A DNA stretch of 64,000 nt, taken from the NCBI GenBank assembly GCA_038496445.1, contig JALMLS010000332.1, positions 186,001-250,000 on the forward strand, given 5' to 3'. The notes beneath the pieces are model-generated. The model saw nothing but the letters and a program-made list of their open reading frames with translations, was not told the DNA's origin and searched no databases. Position 1 is the first letter of the stretch; every line of letters starts with the position of its first letter. The DNA is from Trichosphaerium sp. ATCC 40318 (Eukaryota; Protista; Tubulinea). Below, in pieces: positions 1 to 13,968 of this stretch. Both the position numbers and the translations under genes were made by a program.

Positions 1-1184
1 GTCGAAGGCAAAAAGTACGTATTATTGATGCCAAGGAAACGTAAAGTAAATTGGATTGGTGTACAAAGGCACTTAAAAGCAGAGAAACTAGATCCGTATA
101 AAAGTATGCTTTTAAATCAACAAAAAAATGACAAACAACCAACCCTTATCTAATTGTTTTTAAATAGCTGAACCTATTGAAAATCTATCTGATTACAACG
201 TACTTGTTGACGTTCATATACAAAAATCAGGTACATTTTGAAATAAGGTTTTGTCATCAGATCTTTCTTTATTCTCAACAAATTATGAGATTGGGCGTCG
301 ATTCTCGGTTTACCTGAAGAACAGTATGCAAATCTTGGAGAATCTAAAGCTGGTGAGAACCCAGAGAGTTGTGAAAAGAAAGATTGTATAGGCACACAAG
401 AAGTTAAAGGTGTAGAGGTAACGTGTAGTGAATCCTTTTTATTCGTTCATTGAATATAACTTGACTCAAATGTTTTGTTTTAAAAAGGTTGGTCACGTAT
501 TCTTATTGGGACAAAAGTATTCCAAAATTTTTGATTGTAGTTATTCAGACAAAGGAGAAAAACGTGCTGTAGAAATGGGGTACGTTGAACTGATTTATCA
601 CAAAGAGAAGAGGAAACTTCTTCTTATTTTTTTCTTATTTTGTTTTTTAGATGTTATGGACTTGGAGTGTCTAGATTGCTTGCTGCCCTAGTGGAAGTCA
701 ATTCAGAAGTAAAAAATAATAAAAGCATTACAAAGTGGCCACTTTCAGTAGCACCTTATGCTTTGGCTATCCTTACACTTCCAGAGACAGGTACATGTTT
801 TTTTATCACTAGTGATAGTAATTTATTCATTATTGTTCTCACTCACCCTGAAAATAAGAATCACGTGGCTCTGATATTGCGAATCTCTTGGATACAAAGT
901 ATCCTATACTCTCTCAACACGCATTCATAGATGATAGAGAGCTCAAAATTGGCCGTAAAATGAAGGAAGCACTTCAATTCGTCCCACATGTTGTACGACA
1001 AAATAGTTTGTTTTTCTTTTTAAATTTTACCTTGATGACAGCAGTATTAACCTGTGTTTAGATAATTATTGGTACTAAAGCAAAAGACGGTGAATATGAA
1101 ATGGAAGATCAAAATGGTAACAAAACAATACGATCCCAACAAGAATTCGAAGTATTTTGTAATGAACTTCAATCTCAATTGTAA
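1..1184 (+). CDS. proS: Prolyl-tRNA synthetase, bacterial/mitochondrial type; multi-exon, 5' end outside window
   Basis: Spliced translation gives GVEVGHVFLLGQKYS...VEMGCYGLGVSRLLAAL...KWPLSVAPY and an anticodon-binding DDRELKIGRKMK segment; stop TAA 1182-1184. Confidence 0.9.
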
Positions 1185-1372
1185 CAAATCAAACACGAAT
1201 TTGCAACTACAACTTTGTAATGCCACCTAACTTTCGCTCCAACAAAGACCATTCTTTAGTCATCACGAAACATGAGCAATTGTTTGCAAAGCGGTTCGTG
1301 CATAGATTCTACAGTGGTACAAAGCAAACCATTTTTTTTTTGGAATTGAAGATTTATTGGATATTAAAGAAA

Positions 1373-4015
1373 TTACTTGTATCCTCCTTGATTTCCGAAT
1401 TTTTTGATAATATCATCATTATGAGGATTAATAGGATTCATCAAATAAGGGTACTTTTGTACAGCAAGTTTCCATTGATACTCTGCAGTCAAGTAATTCG
1501 CAACCTGACTCCTAAATGGAGAAAAAAAAAGTCAAACAAAATCTTCCTTAGTCTGAGTTTTTAACGCACGGATGGAAGCCATCAACAGGTTCAATCAAGT
1601 CAATTAAATCTCCACCTTGTTCTTTATACTCGGCGAATATAGCTAAAGTAGGTTTTTTCGATAAGTAAACAGTATATAAACAGTTATAGTTGGTACCTTG
1701 TAGAGGGTTATCAAAGTATGTCATATCGAAATTCTTGAAAGTGTTGTTCGCCATTATTTTACTGTAAACAGCAGAAAGTTCTATAGCACGTTGTGTAGTC
1801 AATTCACGCCATGTTGCATTTGAATTCATCCATCCAAAGCAAGGAGATATTTCCTAAGAGAACAAACAATATTAGTTAACCAAAAAAAGTTTTTTAGGTT
1901 AACCATCCATTCGTACCAGGCAGTTAAAGTAGTCGTAGTAGTGCGAATACGTAACATCTTTCCTGTATGAACCAAGTGGATGTATCTTGTTCGCTAGAAG
2001 CTCGAATAATACAGAACCATTGGCAAGACCTTAAATGATTTAGATTTTTTCCAAAAAAACAAAAATTACTTCGTACCCATAAAGCTCACGTGAGACCCTT
2101 TAGGAAGAACACCATCGTCAAGAATCTTTAATGATTTTACTACTGAAGTGTAGAATTCATCTGGTGTAGTCATGTGTGATAAACCATAGTGTGGGTTGCA
2201 GACATCTACAAGAAGGTGAGCAAATTTGTTTTTTGTTGTCTTTGATGTGCGATACTAACCGTTTCCGATGAGAGCATAGGAGAGCATCACAGGATAATCA
2301 AATGATGCGTTTCTTGCGAAACTGTGAATGATATTATCAGCCATAGCTCCTTGAATGCGATATGAGTATATATATATAAGCTATGTCAATTAACGCATAC
2401 CAACTCTGGCGCCGTTTACAGCGATGTTTTGGAAATCTGGAAAAAAATCAGAAAAGAGTTATCGAAGAAAAGAATGTTTGGATTCTTACCTTTAAACATG
2501 CATCTGTTTCTTTCAAGCATCTTCAAGTAAGTACTTGATACGTTACCTTTTGGAGCACCGACCCAAGGAGTGTGTTCATAACCTTGAAGTAAAAATATTT
2601 TGAGAAAAAAAAACAAATACTGGGGAAACCTCAGCAACACTCACCTGTGGCTGCAGACATTTGAGGCCAGTCAAATTCACTAAACGCAATATTTAAGATA
2701 TCTTTGTATGTATCTTCATTAATCAAGCTTGAGGTGAGATAGCTTGGAGGTACATGGAAATGAGCACCTACTCAAGAAGATTAAAATCGTCAAAATTGTT
2801 TTAGATGAAATCGCTTGCCTGCTGAATCACCAAGAATGGCAACTCCATATCGTGGAGTATCTTTACACCACAAATCCTCATACGGTGTTCCAGACTCGTC
2901 TGTACCGTATATACCATTACAATCATGATCAGTGTCAGTGCCGTGTGTGCTAGACTTTCTACCAGCATATATCGTATCGTCGAGGTCATTACAATCCTTT
3001 CCGCGCCAGTTGTCGCCACGTAAGTACTCAAGTGCTGAGAATCATAAGCGGAAAACAGTACACGAGAGGATGTGTATACGTACTACTAAAATGATCACCA
3101 TCTAAGACGAAAGTAAGCACTCAAAGTGAAAAGCGGAAAAAAAATAGAAAACCAAAAACTCATCACGTGATTTCGTACCTAAATCAACAAGAGGCTCATG
3201 TGTGTTTATTACTTGGGTGATATACTTTATAATCCAATCAATTGGATTATCCTTTACTTTTGATTGCATATTTCGCGAAGCCTTACGTATTGTAGCGATC
3301 TATTAATAAACAAGGGGTTAGGTATCATCTGAACTCAACTCGTTGACAACACTTACCTTTTTTATCATCTTTTGTTCGTTTTCAGCACTACGTGGTGGTT
3401 TTGGGAATAAACTGCATTGAGGCATTGAACAAAGGTCTATACCATGACAAACTTCATCAGGGCTAGCTTCATCCTCGAGAAACTCAATGACACGCGCTGC
3501 GATGAAAAATAAGAAAAGGGCATAAAACACTATTCGCTTACCTCCATACTCCACAATGAGAGTTTTACAATAAGCCTAAATAAAGGAATAAGCGAAATAT
3601 GACAAGAAAGTTCGAAAAGCTGTAAAAAAAAAAAACAAGGCCAATCTCAGGTATTTGGCACGTGAGGATTCATATTTTCGCTATTGAAAGCGTGACGTAC
3701 CCCAAAATCGTCAGGTAGGTAAGAGCAAAGAGTCTCCATACTCTCGTCTACTGTTTTATTGTGTATATCACTCCATTGTTCCAGAAGGGCGATAACTGTT
3801 GGCAAACAAAAAAAATTAGGAAACAAGCAAAATTAGCTTCTATTATTACCTATTGTACATCCAACGCATTCTACGCCTCCACCGACGCCAGCAGCGTCAA
3901 TTGGGACACCAAACATTCCTTTCATTAAAATAGAGGCCAAAGAAGGAGTTGGGGTTGTAGTAGCCGCACTTACAACGCATAGTAAAGCAAGAAAACAAAG
4001 CAGAAGGTGCTGCAT
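1373..4015 (-). CDS. AOAH: Acyloxyacyl hydrolase (saposin domain + GDSL/SGNH lipase), multi-exon
   Basis: Signal peptide MQHLLLCFLALLCVVSA; GGVECVGCTI saposin; GDSAGAHF, ALIGNDVC, IEPVDGFHP motifs; C-terminal NPHNDDIIKKFGNQGGYK*. Confidence 0.92.
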
Positions 4016-5779
4016 GGTTTGTATTCAACTGTGAACTAGAAAAGGCAAAAAAAGTCAAATGCGCAGTGACGTCCAATCACGTGCTTTATTTATGTACAGG
4101 GCAGGTGAAAATTAGTTGGTGCTAGAAACAAGAGGCAGGCATACTGCCAAAAGAAGAAATCAGGTTGGCGATACTTTATTACCGAATAGCTCTGAATATG
4201 AGTTGCCAAAGCCATGACAAAACGGTACAGGTTTTAATGCTAGACATGTATGTGGCAGTTTAAGCAAATCAAGAGGTTGGGCTCGCCATACGTTCTTTAA
4301 ACAGTATTGGTGTTGGTTTCTTTCATTCCAATGCTAGGAATGCGTCATAACCACGTTAGGTGTAGTGACGAGTGCAGTTCCTTTAATACAACTCCAAACA
4401 CTTCTGGAAATACACCAACTTATGCGTATTAATGTCCATGACCACTATGAACCGTTTTAGCAAAAAAACGTGATCTTACCGTTTCGACTCTCTCATTAAA
4501 TCGCTCAAAACAGCTTAGATATTTTATTTTAGTGCGTTGTACAGCACAAGAGCCACTTTTAAACTTTAATGTTTGTTTCTGTGTAAAAGCCTTACCGTGA
4601 TCTTTTGTTTTGCGTTTTTACCTAATTACTCACTCAAATATCGCAGTTTCGCAATAAAGAGGTATGTTGTATTGCGTTTATGACGTTGGGCATGTTTGTT
4701 ATTGCCAGCCCATCGTAGTAAATCTTAGCTATCTATCCAGTGTTCCACATACGCACTTTGAAGGCAAACTAATTTAGCGAGTAGTTCAGAGCAAGTAAAC
4801 ACGAATTTTGGTCTCCTTATTTTACCCGCCAATTCAATTGCATATACACTAAAACTACCTCCAGACGCACATAAAATGGATAGAAGCTGCTTTCAAGCGT
4901 TTTTTCCTTTTTGAAAAAATAAGATGAAATACAAACGAAAATTCGAGTTTTTGTCAACGTATCCAAGCACCACAAAATAAAGTCTGAAATGTGTTTAATA
5001 TGCGAGGATATTTAAATTTGATGCGATTACTAGACGTAAATGTGTGGAGGACCGAGATGACCTCGATACTACCTAAACGCCAATTTCGATTCCCGAAAAA
5101 AAAAAGCAAAAAGCAAGGGTCCCCGGCTGATCATTGCCACAATATTATACACAAGAATTAACAACGTACCTGTGTGACTACACTATGGGGCCACCCTTGC
5201 TTTGTGTTATCTGGAATAGGAGTTAGTACTATTGATACCCAATGATACTGGTAGTAAGAATCCATTTCATACTTTTATACACTTCATTTTTTGTTATAAA
5301 ATAATTGTGGGATATAGTAAAAACTCCACAAAACGGCGCTTTAATGCGCACAACGTACTTGTACACGTATTGCGCGTATATTTGGGATCAATTAAGAGGT
5401 TTTTGGGTGAGTTGTTATCTTGTAAAGTATTGCAGTTTTTAGTTGCAACTCAATAAAAAAAAATTCTGAAAACCGATTATTAAAATTCTTAAATTTCTTT
5501 TTTTTCGCAAAGTAACGGTCCATAGCTCTTTTTATATCATTTGGTAGTGCGCATGTAATCTTAAGAATTATTTTGTGACTTCAGATTGCCGTATCGAAGC
5601 TTCTGCGAGTGTGAAATTTCAGAATTTTTACGTACACTTTTTCCCCGTTTTTCCGTTGAAAAATAAACGGACCGAGTATCCGCTTTACGGTTATGACGAC
5701 TCGAAAGAACTAAGAAAGCAGTTTGGAGGTTAAAAAGGACTTTATTAATAGAAACAAAGTGTTACAAAAAGTGTAGCGT

Positions 5780-8627
5780 CTACACTACGCCAACCACGTT
5801 TGAGTCGAATAACTTGGCTACAGGACAACCTTCCTTAGCCATACGCTTGTTACGGACTTCGTTGTAATATTGAGCGACGAAGGCCATACCTTTAGGTCCA
5901 GTAAGCGGAGATTTTTCAAAAAAAATAAAATGCAATTTAAAGACTACAATAAACAGTTGTGGTGTAATAAGCTACATGTGCGTACCTGTTGTGTGGCATT
6001 CATTTTCAAAAGGAACATTAGGACCAACATTAGCGCCAGGGAGAGGAGCCCAGTCAGATTCAGTAGTTCCGTCATTTGGAGATGAAAGAACAATGTTTAC
6101 CAACCCATTGCAGGCTTTGCTTCCACCTTGTGTGTAATAGTATGTGACGTTCTTACGAACATCTTCACGAATACCAGCGAGCCATTTGGCAGCACCCTTT
6201 CTGGTCAAATCATCAACAGAACCGCAACCGTTAGGCAACAACCATGTGTATGAAGCACCGTTGGTACCTTTAAATTCTGGTTAGCATCTTACGCGAAACA
6301 GCGTTGAAAACTGGTGTTACAGGCGTACCTTGGTATGGAGTACCAACAGATTGGATGAGTTTTGCTCCGTTCTTAACAAGATCCAAACCACTCCAGTAGT
6401 AGTTGTTCAAGTGTACGGCAGCCATACCACCCTACAAAGTCGTTTTAGACATTATTCAAAAAACGAGTAAAAGCCAGATCGCTACGCGGCCCATTACTTA
6501 CTTGACTGTGTCCTACAACTGTGTATGTGGTCAATCCCTTCTCCTTAGCAAAATTGTAGAGTCTCTCAGCAAACTTGTCGTTACTAATCAGAAAATGGTT
6601 ACAAGATGCACAATACGCAATAAAACAATACCTGATAGCAGCTTTAGAGTCAAGGAAAAACATGGTGTTGCATTCTGCCCAGAATTCCTTCTTTTCTTGC
6701 CAAGGGTTTGTGGTGGAGCAGTATCCGTGAGTCAACAAGATTCCAGTAGAAGCATCATCAAGTTGGAGGTTGTTTTCGAGTTTGTACTCATCTGGTCTTG
6801 GTCCAACACGCATCTCTTCAGTGATGGCTGTAACCTATTTAAGAGAATTAATGGAAGCTGTTCGCTCGTTATTGGGTAGCCGCACCTCATCCATAGCGTT
6901 AATGTGTTGCTCAAAGATCATAGCGTGAAGAGAAGCAACCTAGACGGAAAAATAAGCCAGAAACTCAGAAACTATTTAAACGTACAACAACTGGCATTGA
7001 GCCAACTTGAGCAACTGGTACATGAGCGTTAGGGTCTTCAACACGAATATTCTTCAAGGTGAAAGGTGCTTTGGCGGCAGCCAATTTTACCCAACGGAGA
7101 TCGACGTGAATATCAAGTGTAGTCTCACCAGACCTTTAACAACATAAGCAACAACGTCTTGGCTAATCTACGTACTCAGTTACTGGTGCAACCATACCAC
7201 CGACCCAAGCGATGCTGGTTTCTTGACCAGCTTCGTTGTGGCCAAATAATTCAGCGTATACATTTACTCTTGGTGTTGCGTTTGTTACGGTAGCAGGAAT
7301 TAGCAAAGAAGCAAAGAGAGGTGATGTGAGTTTGAGAAGTGCTTGGTTGCCAAGTTTAACACACTCGTTCACAACAGTATGAACATGGTCAGTTGAACGC
7401 ATAACAGCAACACCGTCAGCAGTAACACCTAACAAAAATATTTAGACACCATTGCTTGTTGTTTTAAACAAGTACCTGAGAGCTTTGTACGGAATCTGTA
7501 ACTGCCAGCTGTAGTTGGAGTAAATTCAACACCAAAGACGCCATCGTCTGCGAGTGCATCGTTGGTTTTGCCTTCGTCGCTCATTTTAAGAGTTTTTTCA
7601 GTACCATCTGGGAGATATACCTCGAGAACAGCGTTCTAATATGGGTATAAGTAAAATAGGACATGTCTTGAACGAAATCAAAGCATCCTTTTGTGAACTA
7701 AATCTGCAAAACTTCATGCTACAAAAAGGCGAGATCCATTGTTACGTACTTGTACGATGTTTGGAATAGGTACAGGCAAATGGCCATGGACAGCGGAGTA
7801 CGCTGGCTTGTCGGTGTGGAACACGTCAGCAATGATTGTAACGCTCTCGCCGACTTGTGTGTCGAATGATGCCATTGTGGAGTCAGCACTACACGTGAGG
7901 TTAGGTTAAAACGAATCACACAAGAAAAGTTTTGGATTAGAATGTTTTGTCAAACCAAGGCACGTACGCGATTGGAGAATCGTTATTCATAAGAATGAAA
8001 CCTTTTGTAGCATCTTCTGCTGTGATCTAAACTTGTCAGCGGAGAAAAAAAACTTTCCGCATGAAAAAGCGCCCATACAGTATTTTAGAACGCTAGAGGT
8101 AATTTGATAAAACGTACGTGGATTGTGTACATGCCAGGGGTTGGGTTTGTAATTACATAATATTGAATTGGGTCAGAGCTACCACTGTCTGAATATTGCC
8201 AGCGTCCCTACAAAGAATATTAATTAATATGATCAAAAAATATTTCCAACGACTCTTCACCTACTTTTTGAACTGTGAGCGCGATTTGTTTACCGCCTGT
8301 GCTCAAGGATACGCTAGTAGGTTCTCGTTGCGCTTTCTCATTAAAAAGTACGACAGCGAATGTAAAACGTGAGTTACTGTCTACAGGAACTGTTTCTTGC
8401 CAAGAACCCATTGCCGAAGCACTCAATTCAATTATTGCGGAAGATGTTTCATGGTGAATATCTTCTGGCTAAAACGCACTGTTATTAAAAGTATCAGCAT
8501 GTACATCACGTACGTTAGGAAATTTATGGTTAGAAAATTCAGAAGGTGGCCCAGCTAACTTTTTAGGCACCAAAGTGGCGCTAATGCATATAACTGCAAG
8601 AGCTAATAAAAGTGCTGCTTGTCTCAT
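5780..8627 (-). CDS. Conditioned-medium-factor (CMF)-like secreted protein with C-terminal alpha/beta-hydrolase domain, multi-exon
   Basis: Signal peptide then LVPKKLAGPPSEF; later ILLTHGYCS, VVGHSQGGMAAVHL..YYWSGLD, IQSVGTPYQG, NDG and ECHT, resembling Dictyostelium CmfA from recall. Confidence 0.8.
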
Positions 8628-8728
8628 GTGCAAACTATGTACTTGAAGACTTGGGTGGAACTCTTTTTTTTTAACGGAGCTTGATTAGTTTCTCGAATCA
8701 GATTTAATTGTACACAATACGCGCTATT

Positions 8729-9316
8729 ATGGTTGGGTGCACTAAAATACTATTACTAGCTCTATTGAGCATTTATTGTGTAAATGGGTCTAATACGTTT
8801 ACATCGAGTACGTTTTGCGTGTAATTTACTGTACTAACAGGGTTTAAGAACTTGCTGATTTTGAGCCAAAAAAGTGGAGTGTACGCCCGAATACTATTTG
8901 CAAAGCTAACTACTACAGCTTACACACAGGCGGTCACTACTACAAATACCAGTTGCACCAACAGCTCCAATAGCACCGATTGTACCTACTGCACCTACTA
9001 CAGCGCCAACAGCACCTGTAGCGCCTACTGACGCACCAACGAATGCTCCATTTGAAGCAAGCCGCTCTCCTTCACAGTCAGGCATAAGTGCGTTCAATGG
9101 AGTACCTTTTGTCACTTTGTTGACAATTATACAGCGCCTCAAGAAGAAGAAAGTGATTTGGGAACTTTCATCGTTATGGGCATATGTGCAGTTATTCTAG
9201 TGCTTACAGCGATTATAGTGCTAATTCTCACTTTTGCTTGTGGTCGTAAAGAAAAGCACCATCAACATAGTCGTGTTGAACAGGAATCTGATGTAGAGTT
9301 GATTGTAGGTGAATAG
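8729..9316 (+). CDS. Small type-I membrane protein with Pro/Thr/Ala-rich stalk; exon structure approximate
   Basis: Signal-like MVGCTKILLLALLSIYCVNG; PVAPTAPIAPIVPTAPTTAP repeats; TM segment FIVMGICAVILVLTAIIVLILTFAC; stop TAG 9314-9316. Confidence 0.6.
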
Positions 9317-9543
9317 ATTACCACAAAGAAGACATTGATACAGACAAACATAAGCTTTTTATGTTTTTTTGACATTTTTTTCTGAAAAAAATTATTTCTT
9401 GGATGTCGCACTACTTTTGCGCGCTACTTAGTAGCGGTTTATGTACTTCAATATTAAATGCATATTCCAAGGTAATCTAAAAAAATTTGGTCGGTTGTGT
9501 TTGTTGACACCTGTCAGAGACATTTTGTTGCAAATTTGTTTTT

Positions 9544-11302
9544 TTAGTAGTAATGTGTATTTCTTGCTGGTGCTGGTGAAGGTCCGAAAACCTTTGTTGC
9601 CCATGAGGTTAAGCCATATATAGTCAACAAAGAAAGTAAACTACCAGCTACTATTACACCAATTGTTCCAGGGTAGATTTTTGGTGGGTCCTTCTTAAGA
9701 ACAAGGCGGTACAACTAATAAGAAAAAAATAAGTTGAAAAAAAGTGGCAGTTAGTTTAGTTTTGTTGTTGTTACCTCTTCGCTTGTGTAATTTGGTATGG
9801 TGCCTTCTGATTCATGCTTTTTAATTAATTCAATTATACAGTCATTCACTGGTGTTTTGATATTATGTTCATGTGCCATCTCGACAATAACTCCATTTAG
9901 AGTATCAATTTCAGTTTTTCTCTTCTTGACTAAGTCAGTGTGCTACACCAAAATCTTAGATGTTTGCTTTTACTTTCTTTGTTATTAAGTACCATTGTTG
10001 ATATGTATTCTGTATTTACGCCCCTTGGTAGTATAATAGAGAGTAGTGGGTCTGGGAAGAAATTCAATAGAGCCAACAAATTCAAGTTTGGAACAGAGTA
10101 TTTTGAAAATGTAAGGCCATGAGCCTTTATGTTTGTGTTAACGCACTAACCGAAAGTGATACATTACCTTGGCAACTTTAAATGCTTCTTTAGTTATTTC
10201 CATTACTACAGCACGCATCAGGTGATCTTGAAAGTAGACCTATGTACTTTACATGAGCAACCTTTTTGAGAAAAATATTAAAGTTATAGAGTATTTGCCG
10301 TACAGCATAAGATGAACAAGATAGAGATGATACTGGATTGTGAAAAGAACTTATAACTAGCTTAGAGAACAACAGAGATCTAAAAAAAAGGAATAATTAG
10401 GACCTCACAACATCAACTCCAATTTTTGGATCAATTCAAAAACAACAATTTTTTTTAGATCACGTGAGAAATTTGTGCCTCATATCCATAATCGCATATG
10501 ACATTAGACCAGACTAGTAAACGTAAGACTAAGATCTTAAGGAGGTAAAAACCAACTTACCTTTGATAAGCTCTTAGCAAGGCGTGTTGCATGGTTTAGA
10601 GCATCCTAAAATGGCATATTACTCCGTCATTTTCTTTGTCAAAAGACGTACTCTACCAAGACATATCTTTGAAGGATGTGCTCTTGTAAACACGCAATTA
10701 TCTTCCCACGCTACTCCAAAATTTATGCTACCCTCAATGACATTATAGTCTAATAAAAAGGCAAAGTGAGACAAAACCAATAAAAAAAAAAACGTTCACC
10801 TGGTAAAACCTTGCGTAGAATAGCTCCATTTTGCATACCGTTCTGCAAGGACACTACGGTAGTTGGTTTTATTAAATCACAGTCTCTAATCTGTTCGGCA
10901 GCCACCTGTGTATCTTTGGAGTTTGTACAGACCAGAATGTAATCTTTGGCATGTGTCATTGTCATAAATCGTTTATAGCGTTATAATACCTGGTTGTGGT
11001 ACGTTTGAAAGGTCTGTATGTACGACAACGTTCTTTATCAGGAGTTCAAACCCAGTATAGTCTTTTAATGTGAAACCAAGCTTATCGGCGTCCTGTAGTG
11101 GCTTGTAAGACGTTTTACGAGTATAAGCAAGTTAACAAACTCACTGTTTTTAAATGTTGCCGCCCTTGCTGTGGTGTTAATTAATAAGCGGTTGAATGAC
11201 GTTCGCACCAATAAAAGTGACTTTATGTCCAACTGACTGTAAATGTCCTCCAATGTAGCATCCTATTGCTCCAGCGCCTAATACAACAATATTGAACGAC
11301 AT
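9544..11302 (-). CDS. Ketopantoate reductase (PanE/ApbA)-like protein with C-terminal hydrophobic anchor, multi-exon
   Basis: Rossmann motif IVVLGAGAIGCYIGGHL, VVSLQNG, SKL, KTEIDTLNG; C-terminal IGVIVAGSLLSLLTIYGL. Confidence 0.8.
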
Positions 11303-11643
11303 TGGCAACGAAGAAACGCGTTTTGAGGAGACTGTACTGTGCTAGTCAAAAGTTTTCGAAAAAGCCTTAAAACGTTCATGAACGAATAAGTGTAAACATT
11401 TTTGGCTAGTGGTGTTGAAGTGTGAGCCTTTTAAAGCTAAGGAACAGGAGATAGAGTGCAGGAATTTAACACGTGATTAGTGTACATAAAAACCTGAACT
11501 CTTCATAAATTTTATTAAAAAAACGATTACTATCACTGTCGACTGTCAAGCGTATTTTGCGATGTTCTGGGTTTGTTTTATTTACAAGGGTTTTTATACA
11601 GTTGAACAGCTCTTCAAGGAGTCGTGTTTTTTATGTTGCAAAG

Positions 11644-12657
11644 TTAGAAAGGAGACCTTCTTATTCTATTACTGTTTCTTTTGTTTTTCATATTTGTAAA
11701 TAACTTATGTTTGAGGCATTTAGAAGCCTTAGGTCTCTTTGTAAAGTCAACGGTTAATGCGGTTTGAATAAAATCACGCTGGACAGCTCCAAGGTCATTT
11801 ATATAACGCGTCATGTCAACTTGTCCTGCTTCCAAAAGCCGTTTCATTTTACGCTCTGTACCATTCTTTGTTCGCGAATGAATAAGGCAATGTGATGTTT
11901 GAACTAAGAGCTTGAAAGTGAGAATGCCAACAGACCAAATATCAAACGTTTCATTGTAAACTCTAGGTGCCACGAATGTTTCTGGAGGCATAAACTAATA
12001 TATCAATCATTTAGATAAAGCTGGACATTCAGGTAAAAATTAAACAACGTACATATCGAGTACCAGGTACTTGTGTTGCTCCTTTAACCGCTGCTTCAAT
12101 AGTTGTTGCGAAGCCAAAATCAGCTATCTTTATATTCCCGTAGTAATCAATGAGGATGTTATCTAAAGTTTTTCGATAAGTATCTTGTTTTGGTTGACTT
12201 TAAGTTAAGTCGTACCATTCTTAATATCCCTGTGAATGTATCCGGATCTGTGAATGACTACGAGGGCCCGGAGAATTTGACGTACTATCGTTTTATGCTG
12301 GGAAAGAAGAACAAAAGGCTTTAGACTGAATAACTCTGAAAGAGTACTTTTACACCTCTCAAACACAAATACAGGTACATCTAAAAAAAGCACATTAACA
12401 AATGTGTTTTCAAAAAAAAAAAAAACGAAAAAGCACGTGCCGTTATGTTTTGTTGTGTAAAGTAATGTTACAATATTCGGATGATCGTAGCTTTGTAGTA
12501 TGTTAGCTTCTTCTTCAATCCAATCTGTATGCTTCGTATAAAAGTCACGTTTGTAGAACTTAAGGGCAACTCTCTTTGAATAAGAACTTTTTGCAGCATA
12601 TACAAAAGCTGTAGTCCCTTCACCGAGCTTCCTCATAACCTTATATTTTGTTGTCAT
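11644..12657 (-). CDS. Ser/Thr protein kinase (catalytic domain; an N-terminal extension probably continues to ~13040)
   Basis: LGEGTTA, VALK, HRDIK, IKIADFG, MPPE, FDIWSVG motifs. Confidence 0.9.
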
Positions 12658-13550
12658 TGTAATTACATCATTTAATAGTTTAATAGTCTTAGGTGCAATA
12701 AAGCTATCCTTGCATTTCTTTGATTTCTTGGCTACTATAAACCGAACAATGTTAAAGACTGATCCATAAAAAACGAAATTTTTTACCTTGTTTATTCGTG
12801 AGACTAGTCTCAGGAGAATAAGACTGTAGTAATGCTACTGTATTTGATTGTAACATAATGTAAACGATTGTTTCGTTGCTGTGTTGTTTTGAAAGTGTAA
12901 CACTGTGCCTAAGAAGAAAGTCCGTAGCTGTCCGGACTCCAATAGTTTCGGGAATTTTTTGAAGCCGTAGGGGTACTATTACGACTTGATTGAGGATTGT
13001 ATTGAAAAGTCGTTTGTACACAAACTGTGTTTAGTTTCATGACGCAAACTGCATAACTCCGCGGAGAAGGCAATACCGGGGGTGAGTAAATGCTAATTCT
13101 ATTGGTAAACACGTGGAAATGTGAAAACCGCCTATATTAGTCACTAAAATACAACAGAAAACAAGCAATATGCCTTCTCTGATCAAAGCCGCTTCAACTC
13201 TAATAATCCCGAAATAGCTCTAAGATTGAAGTATTGCCTTAAATAGAATGAGAAGTAAGCGTTCAATACTTTTCTATAAAGTACTTTGCCAGCTAAATAG
13301 TTCTTTGGTACTACCTATTTTTCACTTTCATGCAGAACTAAACTTGTTCAATCAGTTTCTAGTAGATCGTAATAAACTACAGTTGCAAGGTAAAAGAAGA
13401 AATTTGTTCGCATAAAACCAAATGAAGTGGTTTTTACCACCTTTTAGCTAAGCTAGAGTCCCTTGCACAACGAATTTGAGTTTGACGAACGATTTTTATT
13501 CATTTTTTACAAGGGTGAATGAGTTCATTATATCAAGTGGTAGCTGTTTC

Positions 13551-13968
13551 TCAGCAAGTCTGACCACAAACAGCTTCGTTCCAGCAACACCATTTATCAC
13601 TTCTGATACGGAAACATAATGGAGATCCAGGGTAGCAGTATGCAGTTGAACCTTGAAAAAACGAAAAGTAAGTACAATCAACATTTGAATACTCTTTTTC
13701 TTTTTTTCACGTACATTGACCACGTTTTTCACGACCACGTCTTCTCCATCCAGGAGGACACCATCCGTTTTCATCACACGTTTCACCACAAAGTAATGGT
13801 CCTTGCTAAATGATAGAGTTAGTCGTATTTACATAAGGTGAATCTGCTACAGCGGTTTTGACTTACCTCAGTTGCTCTTTTGGCTCTTTCACTGATATCG
13901 TTAGATTGGACCGCCAAGGCGACAGTCAATGCCATGAGGACAAAGGCGAAAAGTATAGTTATTTTCAT
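13551..13968 (-). CDS. Secreted cysteine-rich peptide precursor, copy A (3 exons)
   Basis: Spliced: MKITILFAFVLMALTVALA-VQSNDISERAKR-ATEQGPLLCGETCDENGWCPPGWRRRGREKRGQCSTAYCYPGSPLCFRIRSDKWCCWNEAVCGQTC*; GT-AG introns. Confidence 0.85.
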
